Positions 39,574 through 50,255 of a stretch of DNA of 64,000 nt are shown piece by piece. Where the stretch lies: positions 128,001-192,000 of the forward strand of contig JAVYWL010000003.1 of NCBI GenBank assembly GCA_038727135.1, read 5' to 3'. Each line of letters opens with the position of its first letter. Position 1 is the stretch's first letter. This DNA is from Candidatus Bathyarchaeia archaeon. Lineage in GTDB: Archaea > Thermoproteota > Bathyarchaeia > Bathyarchaeales > Bathycorpusculaceae. The notes under the pieces are model-generated. The model did no database searches. It had not been told where the DNA came from and saw only the letters and a program-made list of their open reading frames with translations. A program made the translations under genes and the position numbers.

Positions 39574-39840
39574 TTGGAGTTTCAGTTGCATTCGCTGGAA
39601 GAGAAGGAGAAAACCCTCGAGGAAAGGGCTAGGCTGCTGGAGGAAAAGTTAGCCATAAAAGAGCTGGAGCAGAAGGTTAGGATTAAAACCGAAAGCATTG
39701 AAAAGCTCGAGTCCCGCATAGGTGAGCTTGAGCATAGGCTTGGCATTTCCACAAACATTATGGCTGCTCCAGAGCCAGAACCAGCAAAAGTTCAGCAGGG
39801 CGAAAACAGCTTTAATCTCAGGAAGCTCTTCGGCGAATAA
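39574..39840 (+). CDS. coiled-coil protein (5' end possibly frameshifted)
   Basis: E/K/L heptad pattern. Confidence 0.6.
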   Translation: MEFQLHSLEEKEKTLEERARLLEEKLAIKELEQKVRIKTESIEKLESRIGELEHRLGISTNIMAAPEPEPAKVQQGENSFNLRKLFGE

Positions 39841-40019
39841 TCTGGCGCTTTAAGTCTTATCTGTTCGGCGACGAACAATACCGATGGTTAGATAGCTGAT
39901 TTTCTAAATTTTAGTTCCAAACCATGTTAGTTGATGTGTGTTTTGGATGGTTATTGAATAAAATAGTTATAATGTTGGATGCTAATACCGTCTATAGAGA
40001 ATTGGCAAGATGAATTTGG

Positions 40020-40499
40020 ATGGAGAAGAAAGGCAAGTCCAGTGAGTCCGCGTTCTCCGACATATTTAGTCTGCTCGTTGAAACTAGCGAGAAGGAAAAA
40101 CGAAAACGCAGAGAAGAGCTTCTCGCACCTTTGGGCGTTAAAGAATTCTTTGTTGGTGGAAGCATATCAATAGACAAGCGCACATGCAAAGGCGTGGAAT
40201 GCAAACTGTGCATTAAGGCTTGCCCCACCAACGCTTTGTTCTGGAAGAGCAGCGGAGAAGTCGGAATAACAGAAGAACTGTGCATATATTGTGGCGCATG
40301 TGTGCTAAACTGCATAGTGGACGACTGCATAAAAATAACACGGAAAAGAGAGAACGGCGAAACAGAAAGGTTCAGCACACCAAGAGCCTTCACTATGCTG
40401 GAAAACAGCATAAACGCCAAAAAACGCCACGAAAGAGTTAGGACAATATTCCCAACAATCACAGAATACTTGAGGCTGTATAAGCCGCAAATGACGTAA
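40020..40499 (+). CDS. 2x[4Fe-4S] ferredoxin-domain protein
   Basis: CKGVECKLCIKACP and CIYCGACVLNC. Confidence 0.88.
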   Translation: MEKKGKSSESAFSDIFSLLVETSEKEKRKRREELLAPLGVKEFFVGGSISIDKRTCKGVECKLCIKACPTNALFWKSSGEVGITEELCIYCGACVLNCIVDDCIKITRKRENGETERFSTPRAFTMLENSINAKKRHERVRTIFPTITEYLRLYKPQMT

Positions 40500-40796
40500 G
40501 TAAGCAAAAACCATGTCAATTTTGTTAGGCTTTCAAACTGCAAAATTTATAGGCTCTTTAGAATTTTGGGCGGGCGGGTCATGTTTTTGGTCGTTTCTGT
40601 CAAGCCACCATTTATAACTACTTTTTCACGAACTTCTCGATCTCCTCTCCACGATGCAATCACTTTCTCATCTTTTTCAAAAATGATTGATGATCCCCAG
40701 TGGTTTGCCAATAAACCACCATAATGTTTTATTTGAATAGCTTTGAATAGCATCAAATAAAAATTTTCAATTAATGATGATATAAGAGAAGAAATA

Positions 40797-42233
40797 TTAT
40801 GGGTTTTGCCATTTTTCTTGTAGGAACTTAGGGATTTCTGATGAGTCTCTGGGTCCTACTAGGACTTGCCATCCGCTTAGTTCTTCTATTTCTCCGCTTA
40901 GGCGTGCCGCCTTGCCGGGTATAATTAGTTTTCTGTGTTTCACTTTGTTTTCTATTCCTGAAGCCTTTATTGCTTCGGCTACTTTTTCTGCTGTTAGTTT
41001 GCGTCCGGCTACTGCGCTGTCTACGGCTATGCCTTCCGTGTCCACCACCAGCAAATAGGCGTTTATTTTTGCTGATTCTATGTCTGAAGCCACCGTGTAG
41101 TAGGTTAGGGCGAAGTTGGTTGTGAACATGACTGGCGAGTTCTCGTCTGGAGTGCCAAACACTTTCAAGCCTGGCTCTACGGCTACTGGTTTGCGGGGAT
41201 CCGTGTAAATGTTGGCTCTTAAAACAACGTTTGGCAGTAAAGCCCATCCGTCTAGGCTGTGCATTACGAGAATGTCGGCGAAACGCACAATAAGCATAGC
41301 CGCCAGGTAGGCTTCTCGCCATTTGACGATTTCTGGGGCTATTCCGCTGCTTTCAAGCCAAACGGTCATGGGCACACCCATTAATGGAAAGCCTAGAAGC
41401 TCGTCGCCTTTCTTGCAAGCCAAGCGCCTAATCATGGTGAAATTGTTAAGCGTGTCAGCCAAGCCGTCGCCCGCGAAGGTGCCAGGGTCCAGAACAAGGT
41501 CTTCCACGCCATATTCGAGAAGAGTCTTCGCCAAAGACTTCAAAAGTTTAAGGTTGTTTGGTGCAAAAACGGTCAGCGGGCAGCCGTACATTAGGGCTAG
41601 TTCAGCCATCTCCCTCCAATTATCCTTGGTAGCCGCATACAAGAGCGGTCGGGCTTTCGGTGCAGCCATCAAGCCAGCTTCCAGAACTGTTGGGTTCAGG
41701 GAGCATAAAATCATTGGTAGTTTTGTGTTTTCTGCCACCTTGCGCACTGCTGCCTTAAACTTGTCCGGGTCGTTGGACGTTGAGCGAACAGCAACCATGT
41801 CCAACTTTAAAATTTGCCCGATATACTCGTAGCGGAATTCTTCAACCCGTTTGATGCGGCTTAGGATTTCTTCTTCTGGCATCTCATCTGTTACATCTAT
41901 GGCTATGGCTGTTGGGTTAAAGTATGTAAGCTCGTGGCGGTACATGACAAGTTTTCCGCCGATTTTAACAGCCCTTTCACCAGTGCCGATGACAACTTCT
42001 TTTATGGCTGGTTTCAGCATTTCCTTAAGCTGTTTGTAGGCTTTCTCAAACTCCTTCTTCAATATGGGCGGACACTTTTCAATCGGGACTTCGCGGTTTA
42101 CAACTTTTGTGGCGAAAGCCATGCAGTTTTCTTCGCCGCACTCCTTGCAGTTTGTACGCGGAAGAAGCTTGTAAACGTCTATGGGGCTTAGTTCCTTAAC
42201 GCCAACCTTGCCTTTGGCTTCCCTTTCACTCAT
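40797..42233 (-). CDS. cdhE: ACDS gamma subunit (corrinoid Fe-S protein large)
   Basis: LPRTNCKECGEENCMAFA, CPP, NIYTDP, TTNFALTY, VGPRDSS. Confidence 0.96.
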   Translation of the reverse strand: MSEREAKGKVGVKELSPIDVYKLLPRTNCKECGEENCMAFATKVVNREVPIEKCPPILKKEFEKAYKQLKEMLKPAIKEVVIGTGERAVKIGGKLVMYRHELTYFNPTAIAIDVTDEMPEEEILSRIKRVEEFRYEYIGQILKLDMVAVRSTSNDPDKFKAAVRKVAENTKLPMILCSLNPTVLEAGLMAAPKARPLLYAATKDNWREMAELALMYGCPLTVFAPNNLKLLKSLAKTLLEYGVEDLVLDPGTFAGDGLADTLNNFTMIRRLACKKGDELLGFPLMGVPMTVWLESSGIAPEIVKWREAYLAAMLIVRFADILVMHSLDGWALLPNVVLRANIYTDPRKPVAVEPGLKVFGTPDENSPVMFTTNFALTYYTVASDIESAKINAYLLVVDTEGIAVDSAVAGRKLTAEKVAEAIKASGIENKVKHRKLIIPGKAARLSGEIEELSGWQVLVGPRDSSEIPKFLQEKWQNP

Positions 42234-42260
42234 AACGCCTCAAACCTCCATTAAACCCTT

Positions 42261-43484
42261 TTAAACTTTGGCGGTAACCCATTCCACAAGCCTATCAGCC
42301 TTGCCGGACTTGCCGCCCATAAGCTGGGCTATAATGTCTTTCACTGTTTTGACGGCTGCTGGGTGCATCATCATGAAAAGGTCTACGCCAGCCAATAGAA
42401 GCGTTAAAGCTGTAACAACCTCCCATAAGGGTCCTCGAAGCTCGCGGGGCTCCCACTCAGGAGCCATTTTAAGCCAAGCCTCTCGGGCTGCCCAAGCGTT
42501 GGTTGTTCCAGAAGACATGGGATGCGCCAGCTCAGGGTCACCCATCAAAGCCGCTAGACGAGCCCTCTCCATGTTTGTGAAGGCATAGTCCAAACCGTAA
42601 CCTAAAGCCGCCGTTGTTAAGTCCATGACGATGTCCTCTTTAGCCAAGAAATCGTACAGCCGACGGTTCAGCTCCCTAGCCAAGTTCAAGTCCATAGGCG
42701 TAAACGAAAGTGCCACATGCCCATTCCTTTTAATGAATTTGGCGCAGCGTTCAACGTCCATATCCCTTGTAACAGAGCTTATCAAGAAACGTTCGCCGGC
42801 AAAGGTTTCGCAAACTTCTTGGAAGACATTCGCATCTTTCACTGGGTCGCCGCAGCCGCCGATGATTAGTGGCACGTCCACTGCTTGTGCAACAGCCTCA
42901 ACGGTTTTAACAGCCTCCTTGGGTGAAGCATCCTTGACAAGCGGGTCAATGCTGATTAGGTGGATGGTTATCAAGTCTGCGCCGAACTTTTCAACAGCCA
43001 GTTTAGCCCAAGCCGCCGGGTCGCCTAAAACATCCTTAACATGCATCTTAACAGCCTTGGCAAGCGGGACCTCCATGTCAAAAACGTCCAAGGATATGAC
43101 TGGCGGATGGGGCGTAGGTCTCTCAAAAGTGTAGAAGGCTGGAGTGGTTTCGCCGCCGATAACAACCGTTTTGCCCCTTGTCCCACCCTCACTTTTTGTG
43201 GCTCCAAGTTTAACCTCAACAACTTTTCCCGGATAAGTTTCAACCGGTGGGACGAATTCGGCTTCAATTATTTGGGTGGGTTTAGCCTTAACTGGTGGGG
43301 CGACTTTTGGCGGGGCAATTACTGGAGCTGCCACTGCGCCGGGTTGAAGCCAAATTTCTAGGTCGCCAACTTCCATCTCAAAGTCTTCAAGCTCAATTTC
43401 TTGAAGCTTCGCCAGAAGCTCCAGCAGCCGAGAGTTCAGCTTTAACCCTAAAACCGTCTCGTCCTTTTCCTTCTTTTCAGCCAA
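42261..43484 (-). CDS. cdhD: ACDS delta subunit (corrinoid Fe-S protein small)
   Basis: LGATKSEGGTR, ALGYGLDY, AREAW, MMHP. Confidence 0.95.
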   Translation of the reverse strand: MAEKKEKDETVLGLKLNSRLLELLAKLQEIELEDFEMEVGDLEIWLQPGAVAAPVIAPPKVAPPVKAKPTQIIEAEFVPPVETYPGKVVEVKLGATKSEGGTRGKTVVIGGETTPAFYTFERPTPHPPVISLDVFDMEVPLAKAVKMHVKDVLGDPAAWAKLAVEKFGADLITIHLISIDPLVKDASPKEAVKTVEAVAQAVDVPLIIGGCGDPVKDANVFQEVCETFAGERFLISSVTRDMDVERCAKFIKRNGHVALSFTPMDLNLARELNRRLYDFLAKEDIVMDLTTAALGYGLDYAFTNMERARLAALMGDPELAHPMSSGTTNAWAAREAWLKMAPEWEPRELRGPLWEVVTALTLLLAGVDLFMMMHPAAVKTVKDIIAQLMGGKSGKADRLVEWVTAKV

Positions 43485-43491
43485 GTTTCTT

Positions 43492-44913
43492 TCACCTTTT
43501 CTCTGTTTTCTCGCTTTTAACAGAGCGAATTATGACGCGTTTGGCGTAGATTTTGGCGTCCTTCAGTATGATTTTGTATCCGCCAGCAGTTATGGGAAGA
43601 GTAGCCGCAGTGATTGTTGGAACCATGGCTGGTGCAGCTTCTTCTCGTGCTTCAGCTTCTGCAGGAATAGCCTCTGGAACGGCTACAACTTCCTCTTTCC
43701 AGCGGTCAACAACCGGGTGGCCGCGGGCTTTCAGGAAAGCCTTTAGCTCATCAATGGTTTTGGCATCTTCTTCTGTGGCGATTTTGTCCACAAGCTCTGG
43801 TGGAATAAAGTTCTTAACACGTTCCTTCACTTCCTTTGGCATCCAGACAACGCGTTTGTAGCCGCCGTCGGCCTGCAAGAACTTTGTAGAGCGCATGTAC
43901 TCGATGGATATGCCGTGGAAACCGTCCACTTGACGCCCACCGGCAGTTGAGTCCGCCAACGTGGAGAAGGCTAAACCGTTCACGGTTACTTCCTTATAGC
44001 CTCTGTGGACTATGCCGAAGCCGTCCACTTCTGGGATGTAGAAGGCAACGCCCTCAAAACAGCCACATGAGGTGTGGGGATAGCCAAAAGCTGTGTAAAG
44101 CCAAACGCGGTTTATCTCGCCCAAGGTGCGCTTCTTAACAGCCTCATTCACACCGGAATACTCGCCTTTTTCAGGGTCTAAAAGCTCGCCTCTGTCAATT
44201 TCGAATATGGGACCTTTTGGGTCTATGTTGGCTGAAGCCCTAGCATCAAACCAGCTTATGGCACCACAATTAGAGTAGCGCTGTGGCGTTATCACACAGC
44301 AGTGGGTTGGCGCAAAAGACTGACATAAGATGCAGCCATAAAACTTGTCCACTTCTTCGTCCTTAAGACCCCTAGCCCTCGCATCTCTTGCCTCATAAAT
44401 CTGTAAGGCTTGAGGGTAAAGCTCTTTTACCTTTTCGGCGTCGGTTATGAAGGTTACTTGCATTTTCTCGATTATTGGAAGTTCGCTCTTAAACAGCCTA
44501 TGCAAGACCTTGCCGATAAATTGGAAGGAGTTTAAGCCCTTTTGGTAGGACTTCTTGCTAAGCCTTAACCAGATGTCGTATCGCTGGTTTAGGTGCATGA
44601 AACCCTCAATATAGTTGCAGTAGGCGTGGATACGCCTCTCAATGACACCCTCCAGTTCTGGCTCCAGTTTGGCGCCAGCCACCTCGATGATAATTCCGAA
44701 CGGGTAGGTTTTGCCCTCCTCCATGTCCTTAATGTCTGGACCAATGATGATTATTTTTCCGTCTTCGACTTCCTCTGGCTTTTTGACCCTTGCAAGTTCA
44801 AATTTTTCTTTGACGTCTGGTCCGCCGAGCTCCACAAACATGTCCTTTCTTCGGATTCTTTCGCCCTCGTAGATTACGCCCACGTCGACGGGTATGTCTT
44901 GAAACATGCTCAT
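43492..44913 (-). CDS. cdhC: ACDS beta subunit (acetyl-CoA synthase)
   Basis: YEGERIR, FYGCILCQSFAP, PHTSCGCFE. Confidence 0.96.
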   Translation of the reverse strand: MSMFQDIPVDVGVIYEGERIRRKDMFVELGGPDVKEKFELARVKKPEEVEDGKIIIIGPDIKDMEEGKTYPFGIIIEVAGAKLEPELEGVIERRIHAYCNYIEGFMHLNQRYDIWLRLSKKSYQKGLNSFQFIGKVLHRLFKSELPIIEKMQVTFITDAEKVKELYPQALQIYEARDARARGLKDEEVDKFYGCILCQSFAPTHCCVITPQRYSNCGAISWFDARASANIDPKGPIFEIDRGELLDPEKGEYSGVNEAVKKRTLGEINRVWLYTAFGYPHTSCGCFEGVAFYIPEVDGFGIVHRGYKEVTVNGLAFSTLADSTAGGRQVDGFHGISIEYMRSTKFLQADGGYKRVVWMPKEVKERVKNFIPPELVDKIATEEDAKTIDELKAFLKARGHPVVDRWKEEVVAVPEAIPAEAEAREEAAPAMVPTITAATLPITAGGYKIILKDAKIYAKRVIIRSVKSEKTEKR

Positions 44914-44931
44914 TTCCTATTTTCGCCTCCT

Positions 44932-45462
44932 TCAAACCTTCTCCATTATGACTTTAAGGTTTTTCACCCACTCCTCGTGGGAAAGATTTGGGAAAGACCA
45001 ACTTGCATGAGGATGATAAACATTATCTAAAGATATCGTCTTCAAGTGTTGGGCGAAATGCTTCAGCCCCGACAAGATTGTCCACTCCATGTAATAGTAG
45101 AGTCCCACAAACAAGGCTAGGTCATGCTGTCCCTTACCGTCAACACCCGCCCAATCCGGGTCGACGAGGCGGTTTCCAATATCAACAGCCGGCATGAAAG
45201 CCGCTGGCTTAAAACCCCGCTTTGTGAACTCGCCTATCATGTGGGCTGTAGCCACAACTGGGATGCCGCTCTTCTTTGAAAACTCAATTATGAAGTCTAT
45301 GAGTTTCCCACCGTCAAAGTCTATTTCAGCCGCCTTATGCCCAACAACAAGCACCGGATGCTTAGCCCGTTTTATCATGGCCGCAACAACTTCAGGCTTA
45401 GTAATAACTAAAGCCTTTTTTGGTCCAGGAATTTCAGCCGTTTGCCAAGGTTCAGCCGCCAT
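44932..45462 (-). CDS. cdhB: ACDS epsilon subunit
   Basis: PWQTAE, DPDWAGVDGKGQHDL, ILSGLKHF, SFPN. Confidence 0.94.
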   Translation of the reverse strand: MAAEPWQTAEIPGPKKALVITKPEVVAAMIKRAKHPVLVVGHKAAEIDFDGGKLIDFIIEFSKKSGIPVVATAHMIGEFTKRGFKPAAFMPAVDIGNRLVDPDWAGVDGKGQHDLALFVGLYYYMEWTILSGLKHFAQHLKTISLDNVYHPHASWSFPNLSHEEWVKNLKVIMEKV

Positions 45463-45477
45463 AACGCTATCCCTCCA

Positions 45478-47835
45478 TCACTCCTTCCTCTTCCTTATAA
45501 GTCTAGGCAACAGCGTCGGGTCTGGAATGATTGTTTCCTTCCAGCCCTTCTCCTCTAGAATCTTTATGATTTCATCCTTCATTGTTACTGGTATGTCGGC
45601 GACTGTCCGCACGAAGCGGTGGATGTCTTCTGGCATGGTTCCATAAAGGCGTTTATGCAAATCAACATAATGTGTCAACTTTATGGCTCTTCCCTTCGTG
45701 GTATCGTTGGGGCGCATACAAAGCTTAGCGATCATAACCATGGCTTCCTCCTTAGTTTCAGCCGCATAGAACAAGTGCTCCGGTGCAGGTCCCACATAGA
45801 CCTTTTCGCCGGTCCTAGCATCATAAACGTACCAGTCTTCCTCACGGTCAGCCCTTCCCAAAAGCATGCGCCTATACTTGATGCCATGAGGACCAACAAT
45901 AACTGGAACGCCTAAACGCCAGAAGCCAGCGGCTATTGAAGCAGCTTTTTGGGAGTATGCTCCCCATGCAACGCCAACGGCGCCCACACGGTTTAGGATG
46001 TAGTCGGCAATCTCCTCGTAATTGGCGCGCAGATTTCTCTTAGCAAAGATGTTGGCAATTTTTATTGCTGCGCCGGCGATATGCGCGTTAGCAACGCATG
46101 AACCAACGTTCACCATGCATCCAGCCGTGAACTCTCCTGTAAACTCTTCATACGGAGTTTTGCCCTCTTCGTTCTTGTACATGCCAGCCGTCATGGCGGC
46201 GCATCCAGAAGTGACGACTATGTAGCGTCTGCTGGCGAATTCGCGGCACATTTCCGCAACTTCTATCCCGCCTTTCGGGTAGTTGGCGCATCCAACGAAG
46301 GCAATTACGCCCGGAATCTCGCCGAGAACTATTGGGCTTCCCACGTTTCGGATTTCCACGTCTTGTATGGGGCCTCTTCCAGCCCGCACCTTGTAGGTTT
46401 CCTCTTTAAGCTTCTTCTCCCCAGCCTTAACAATGAAGCTGTGAATTTGCAAGCTTACCGGGCATGCTTCCTCGCATCGTCCGCATCCAACGCACAAGTC
46501 GTATAGTTCTGCAAGCTTAGCTAAAGAGCCTTCCATGGCGGCTTTCATGGCTTCTGGAATGTGCAGGTCTTGTGGGCAAGCTCTTCGGCAGTCGCCGCAC
46601 TGGCGGCACTCCTTCGCCTTTTGCAGAACTTCATCCACCTCTGGAATTGCCTTAAACTTCTTCCTTAAAGGTGCCACTTTCAAGGCTACTTTAACAGCGA
46701 CTTCGCCTACTTTTTCTGGGTCCAAGATTAATGCGCCTGGGATTTTGCCGCTTACAAGGTCTTCAACTATGGCGTCTGCCGGGTCGTTTGTGCGGTTTGG
46801 CAAGCCCATGCAGTTCTTTTCAGAAGCCACAATAACAGGAGCCTTAATCCGCTGAGCCTCATAAAAGGAGTCCGTCCGGATGCACTGCTCATCTAAAACA
46901 ACAACGTCTGGAACTCCGCTTCTTATGAAGCGTAATTGCCAAGAAATTGGTCCAATAATCTTTCCCCTTTTATAATAGCGTGTTATGTCATGGGCTGTGC
47001 AGCATAAGCCGCAAACTTCTATTTCTCCGTCCAGCCCGTTCTCCTTCATATAGTCAATTATGCCCACGGATGGAACAACATTATGCCCTATGCAGAGGAT
47101 TACTGGCTTTTCAATGTTTACTGTTCCATAGCCTAAATCCACAAGCGGCGCGTCAGGGTCAGCCTTTGGAAAGCCGTAGGCGGCTATTTGGGCTATGTCA
47201 GCCACTTCCATGCCAACATGGTCCAACATGCCTACGTGGAAAACCTTCGACTCGAAGTCGAGGTTGCTTCCCTCCTGCCCAGTGTGGCAAACAGACAAGC
47301 AGTGGGTAACCTGTGTCTCCACGTAATCCAATATTTCTTCAAGGTCGCCGAGGGTTTCAGGCTTAACTCCGCAGACAAGCCTTGTAATTGGCGCTTCCAC
47401 TTGAACGTTCAATCCGCCAACGTCTAGGGGCATTCTTCTACCATATTTCTCGATTAAGTGCTCCACCATGTGGCGGGCATGCCCAGTATGGGTTGCAGCA
47501 CCAATACAGCATGCCAAAAGCACTATGCGGGACTGTTGGGCAGACATGTTTATGCCACATGCACCGCGCTTGTTTCCAGTTAGGTCGCATTTGCCAAAAG
47601 TGCAGAGGCAGCAGACATCACAGAAAGGCAGATAAAAGGGCTTGTAGCGCTGCAGAAGCTTCATGTCCCATTCGCGTAGGGCTGTCAATGATGGGAAAGG
47701 CGTTGGGCCCATCGGTTCAGCCCATGCTTCCTCAACTATCTTGCCAATGGACAATTCAAGGTTTTTGATAAGCCCCAAGTCTGTCTTCATTTCTCCAATT
47801 TTCACATGTAATCCTTTCTTGCTCAAGGTAAACAC
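45478..47835 (-). CDS. cdhA: ACDS alpha subunit (CO dehydrogenase)
   Basis: [25 protein letters not shown], two extra 4Fe-4S motifs, GSCV, SQKA, PDPT. Confidence 0.97.
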   Translation of the reverse strand: MFTLSKKGLHVKIGEMKTDLGLIKNLELSIGKIVEEAWAEPMGPTPFPSLTALREWDMKLLQRYKPFYLPFCDVCCLCTFGKCDLTGNKRGACGINMSAQQSRIVLLACCIGAATHTGHARHMVEHLIEKYGRRMPLDVGGLNVQVEAPITRLVCGVKPETLGDLEEILDYVETQVTHCLSVCHTGQEGSNLDFESKVFHVGMLDHVGMEVADIAQIAAYGFPKADPDAPLVDLGYGTVNIEKPVILCIGHNVVPSVGIIDYMKENGLDGEIEVCGLCCTAHDITRYYKRGKIIGPISWQLRFIRSGVPDVVVLDEQCIRTDSFYEAQRIKAPVIVASEKNCMGLPNRTNDPADAIVEDLVSGKIPGALILDPEKVGEVAVKVALKVAPLRKKFKAIPEVDEVLQKAKECRQCGDCRRACPQDLHIPEAMKAAMEGSLAKLAELYDLCVGCGRCEEACPVSLQIHSFIVKAGEKKLKEETYKVRAGRGPIQDVEIRNVGSPIVLGEIPGVIAFVGCANYPKGGIEVAEMCREFASRRYIVVTSGCAAMTAGMYKNEEGKTPYEEFTGEFTAGCMVNVGSCVANAHIAGAAIKIANIFAKRNLRANYEEIADYILNRVGAVGVAWGAYSQKAASIAAGFWRLGVPVIVGPHGIKYRRMLLGRADREEDWYVYDARTGEKVYVGPAPEHLFYAAETKEEAMVMIAKLCMRPNDTTKGRAIKLTHYVDLHKRLYGTMPEDIHRFVRTVADIPVTMKDEIIKILEEKGWKETIIPDPTLLPRLIRKRKE

Positions 47836-47918
47836 AACCCAGAGTAGAAGGTTCTAATGTCAGCATCTAACATTTTAAGCTTTTCCAGAAACTTACACCA
47901 AACGTTATGTGAATTAGG

Positions 47919-48689
47919 CTACGCTCTGCCATAACCAGCATTTTCCATTATCTTTTTAACAGAAATGTAAGCCGGAGTTTCCGGTGATATCCCCAGCAAA
48001 GATTTTCCAGCAAGAACATATTCCTCAACGTTCTCGTCGTAGGCTATGCTGCCCAAAAACTTGAAGGGCAAAACCTTTCTGGCTTGGTTTTCTAGGTTTT
48101 CTGGGAAGCGAAAACCGCCAACTACGTAGAAGTTCTGAAAGGCTATTTTAACCTCCTTAGCCACGCGGTAGGCACGCTCCACATGGTCAAAAGACTTCTT
48201 CGAAGGGTCAATGACGTCGAAGATGTCGTCCACTTTGGATGTTATACGCCTATTCAAGTGTTCTAAGCCAGCTGGGGAATCAATTAGAACATACTTGTAG
48301 TTTTTTGTTAGTGATTCTAATGCGCCTTTTAGGGCTGCGTTTGGTAGGCAGTAGCATCCTTCAACCCACTTTGTTCCAAGCGCAATAAAATCAAAGTGTT
48401 CACCTTCATACATTCCATGAGCCCAAATTCGGCTTTCAATGCGCTCTGTTGGTGGTACTCCAACGGTTGTTCCACCCTCTTCTAGGAAGGTTTCCACGAG
48501 AAGTTCTGAAATGGATTTTTTGCCTGCTGCGTGGAGGTCTACGCCAACCATCTCGCCCAAATTCTGGTCCGGGTCGGCATCCACAAGAAGGAGTGGAGCC
48601 TCACCCAATTCTATGAAGTATTTTGTCATTAGGGCTACGAAGCTTGTTTTTCCGGTGCCTCCCCGCCCCATGGTGACAAGAATTTTCAT
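47919..48689 (-). CDS. cooC: CooC/AcsF-family Ni-insertion ATPase
   Basis: GRGGTGKT, DADP, GCYC, AGLEH. Confidence 0.88.
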   Translation of the reverse strand: MKILVTMGRGGTGKTSFVALMTKYFIELGEAPLLLVDADPDQNLGEMVGVDLHAAGKKSISELLVETFLEEGGTTVGVPPTERIESRIWAHGMYEGEHFDFIALGTKWVEGCYCLPNAALKGALESLTKNYKYVLIDSPAGLEHLNRRITSKVDDIFDVIDPSKKSFDHVERAYRVAKEVKIAFQNFYVVGGFRFPENLENQARKVLPFKFLGSIAYDENVEEYVLAGKSLLGISPETPAYISVKKIMENAGYGRA

Positions 48690-48737
48690 GCTTTAAGTTC
48701 CCTTCTTGGCTGGTTCATCCTATTGCTTTAGACATTA

Positions 48738-49526
48738 TTAGGTGTTGCCTTGCAAAAGTTTGTCGCATAATCTTTCTATGGCTTTAATGGCTAGGATATC
48801 CCCATATTTTAGGGGTGTTTCTCCCCTCATTTCAGCCTCCACAACTTTTGGGTCGAAGGGCAAATAATCCAGAACCGTCAAGCTGTTTTCTTTGGCATAC
48901 TTTTCAATAGCCTCTTTTTGAGCTTCGTTTTCAATCTTGTTTCCAATCAGAAGGATGCGGTTCATTCCGGCTTTTATGCCTAACTCGTGGATGCGTTTGG
49001 CTGTTTCAAGAGCCTTCACATTAGCATTAACAACAACAAGCATGGTATCCACGTGTCGCGCTGTGCCCCGCCCCATGTGCTCAACACCGGCTTCCATGTC
49101 CAAGACAACAGCCTCGCCTCGTTCAACAACCAAGTGCCTCAAAAGCGAACGGATAACAGCATTAGCCGGACAAGTGCACCCAGCCCCAGCAGAACGAACA
49201 GTCCCCATGACGATTAAGTTCACGCCAAAAGGCGTTTTAACGGCGTAGTCTCGCACAATATCATCAACAGTGAATGTTAAGCGGAAAACACCAGCATAAC
49301 CAGTACTCGTCTTCGCTTCGATAAGCTGCTTATTCTCGGATATAGGCACTATACGGCTGGCTTCCTCAGAGGACAAGCCTAAAGTCAAGGCGAGATTGGG
49401 CGAAGGATCAGCATCAATAGCAATGGTCCTAAACCCTCTTTTGGTTAAGGCGTACGCCAAACCGCCAGCAACAAGAGTTTTGCCGACGCCGCCCTTACCA
49501 GAAACAGCCACCTTCATAAAATTCAC
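48738..49526 (-). CDS. cooC: CooC-family Ni-insertion ATPase
   Basis: GKGGVGKT, DADP, GCTCP, DMEAGVEH. Confidence 0.9.
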   Translation of the reverse strand: MNFMKVAVSGKGGVGKTLVAGGLAYALTKRGFRTIAIDADPSPNLALTLGLSSEEASRIVPISENKQLIEAKTSTGYAGVFRLTFTVDDIVRDYAVKTPFGVNLIVMGTVRSAGAGCTCPANAVIRSLLRHLVVERGEAVVLDMEAGVEHMGRGTARHVDTMLVVVNANVKALETAKRIHELGIKAGMNRILLIGNKIENEAQKEAIEKYAKENSLTVLDYLPFDPKVVEAEMRGETPLKYGDILAIKAIERLCDKLLQGNT

Positions 49527-49536
49527 CGAAACACGA

Positions 49537-49959
49537 TTAGACCTTCACTTCAGCAAGCGTCCGCGCCTCCACTTCCTTGAGCTGTCTAAAATGGGGGTCC
49601 TCTGTTAATATGATGTCAGCTCTTTCAAGAAAAGCAGTAGCGGCTATTATGCAGTCTCCCCATGGAATCTTCTCTTGATATTTGTGCCTGAAAATCCCGG
49701 CTTGTTTAGCCACATCTGCTGTTAAATTTATGATTTCCAACCCTGAGTTAACAAGTTCTCTAAAAAATTTTTCTGCAACATCCCTGCCCGCCCTTTTACG
49801 CGTTAACAAGTAAAATTCTCCAAGAACAATTGTTGGCAGGATTCCCTTATTCCCAAGTTTCCTACATTGGGTGAGGATTTTCTGAGTTTTGCCTAGAACA
49901 TCTTCTTCGTCAGAAAAATAATGGAGCACAAGAAAAGTTGTGTCAAGCACAATAATCAT
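49537..49959 (-). CDS. vapC: PIN-domain (VapC) toxin
   Basis: VLDT, E, GDCIIAATA, TEDPHF. Confidence 0.9.
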   Translation of the reverse strand: MIIVLDTTFLVLHYFSDEEDVLGKTQKILTQCRKLGNKGILPTIVLGEFYLLTRKRAGRDVAEKFFRELVNSGLEIINLTADVAKQAGIFRHKYQEKIPWGDCIIAATAFLERADIILTEDPHFRQLKEVEARTLAEVKV

Positions 49960-49968
49960 AGGATTCCT

Positions 49969-50199
49969 TCAGCGGAAGTTTTCTTCTCTTGCTTTTATAA
50001 GCTCGGCAATTAACTCTTTCGGATTCCCGTATTTTGCTAACTTACCAGCCGAGTCAACAATATCTGGCACTGGTTTTATAACTAACCCGTTCTCTGTCTC
50101 CTCAAAAATCACAAGGCTTCCTTCCCGAAGGTTATATTTCCTTCTAAATTGAACAGGAATTGTTGTCTGCCCCTTCTTGGTTATTTTTGAGTAAGACAT
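49969..50199 (-). CDS. AbrB/MazE-type antitoxin
   Basis: SKITKKGQTTIPVQFRRKYNLREG. Confidence 0.9.
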   Translation of the reverse strand: MSYSKITKKGQTTIPVQFRRKYNLREGSLVIFEETENGLVIKPVPDIVDSAGKLAKYGNPKELIAELIKAREENFR

Positions 50200-50255
50200 T
50201 TTAATTCTCTTACAATATGAAGGTCTTACTTTTTAATAAGCATTACTGAAATGCT

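Noticed and set aside
40547-40756. 69-aa ORF downstream of cdhE
   Set aside because: AT-rich with no recognisable motif; possibly a gene fragment but not supportable.
34640-47768. Long antisense ORFs (e.g. 34640-35263, 36907-37566, 41323-41832, 42625-43134)
   Set aside because: Shadow frames of well-supported genes.
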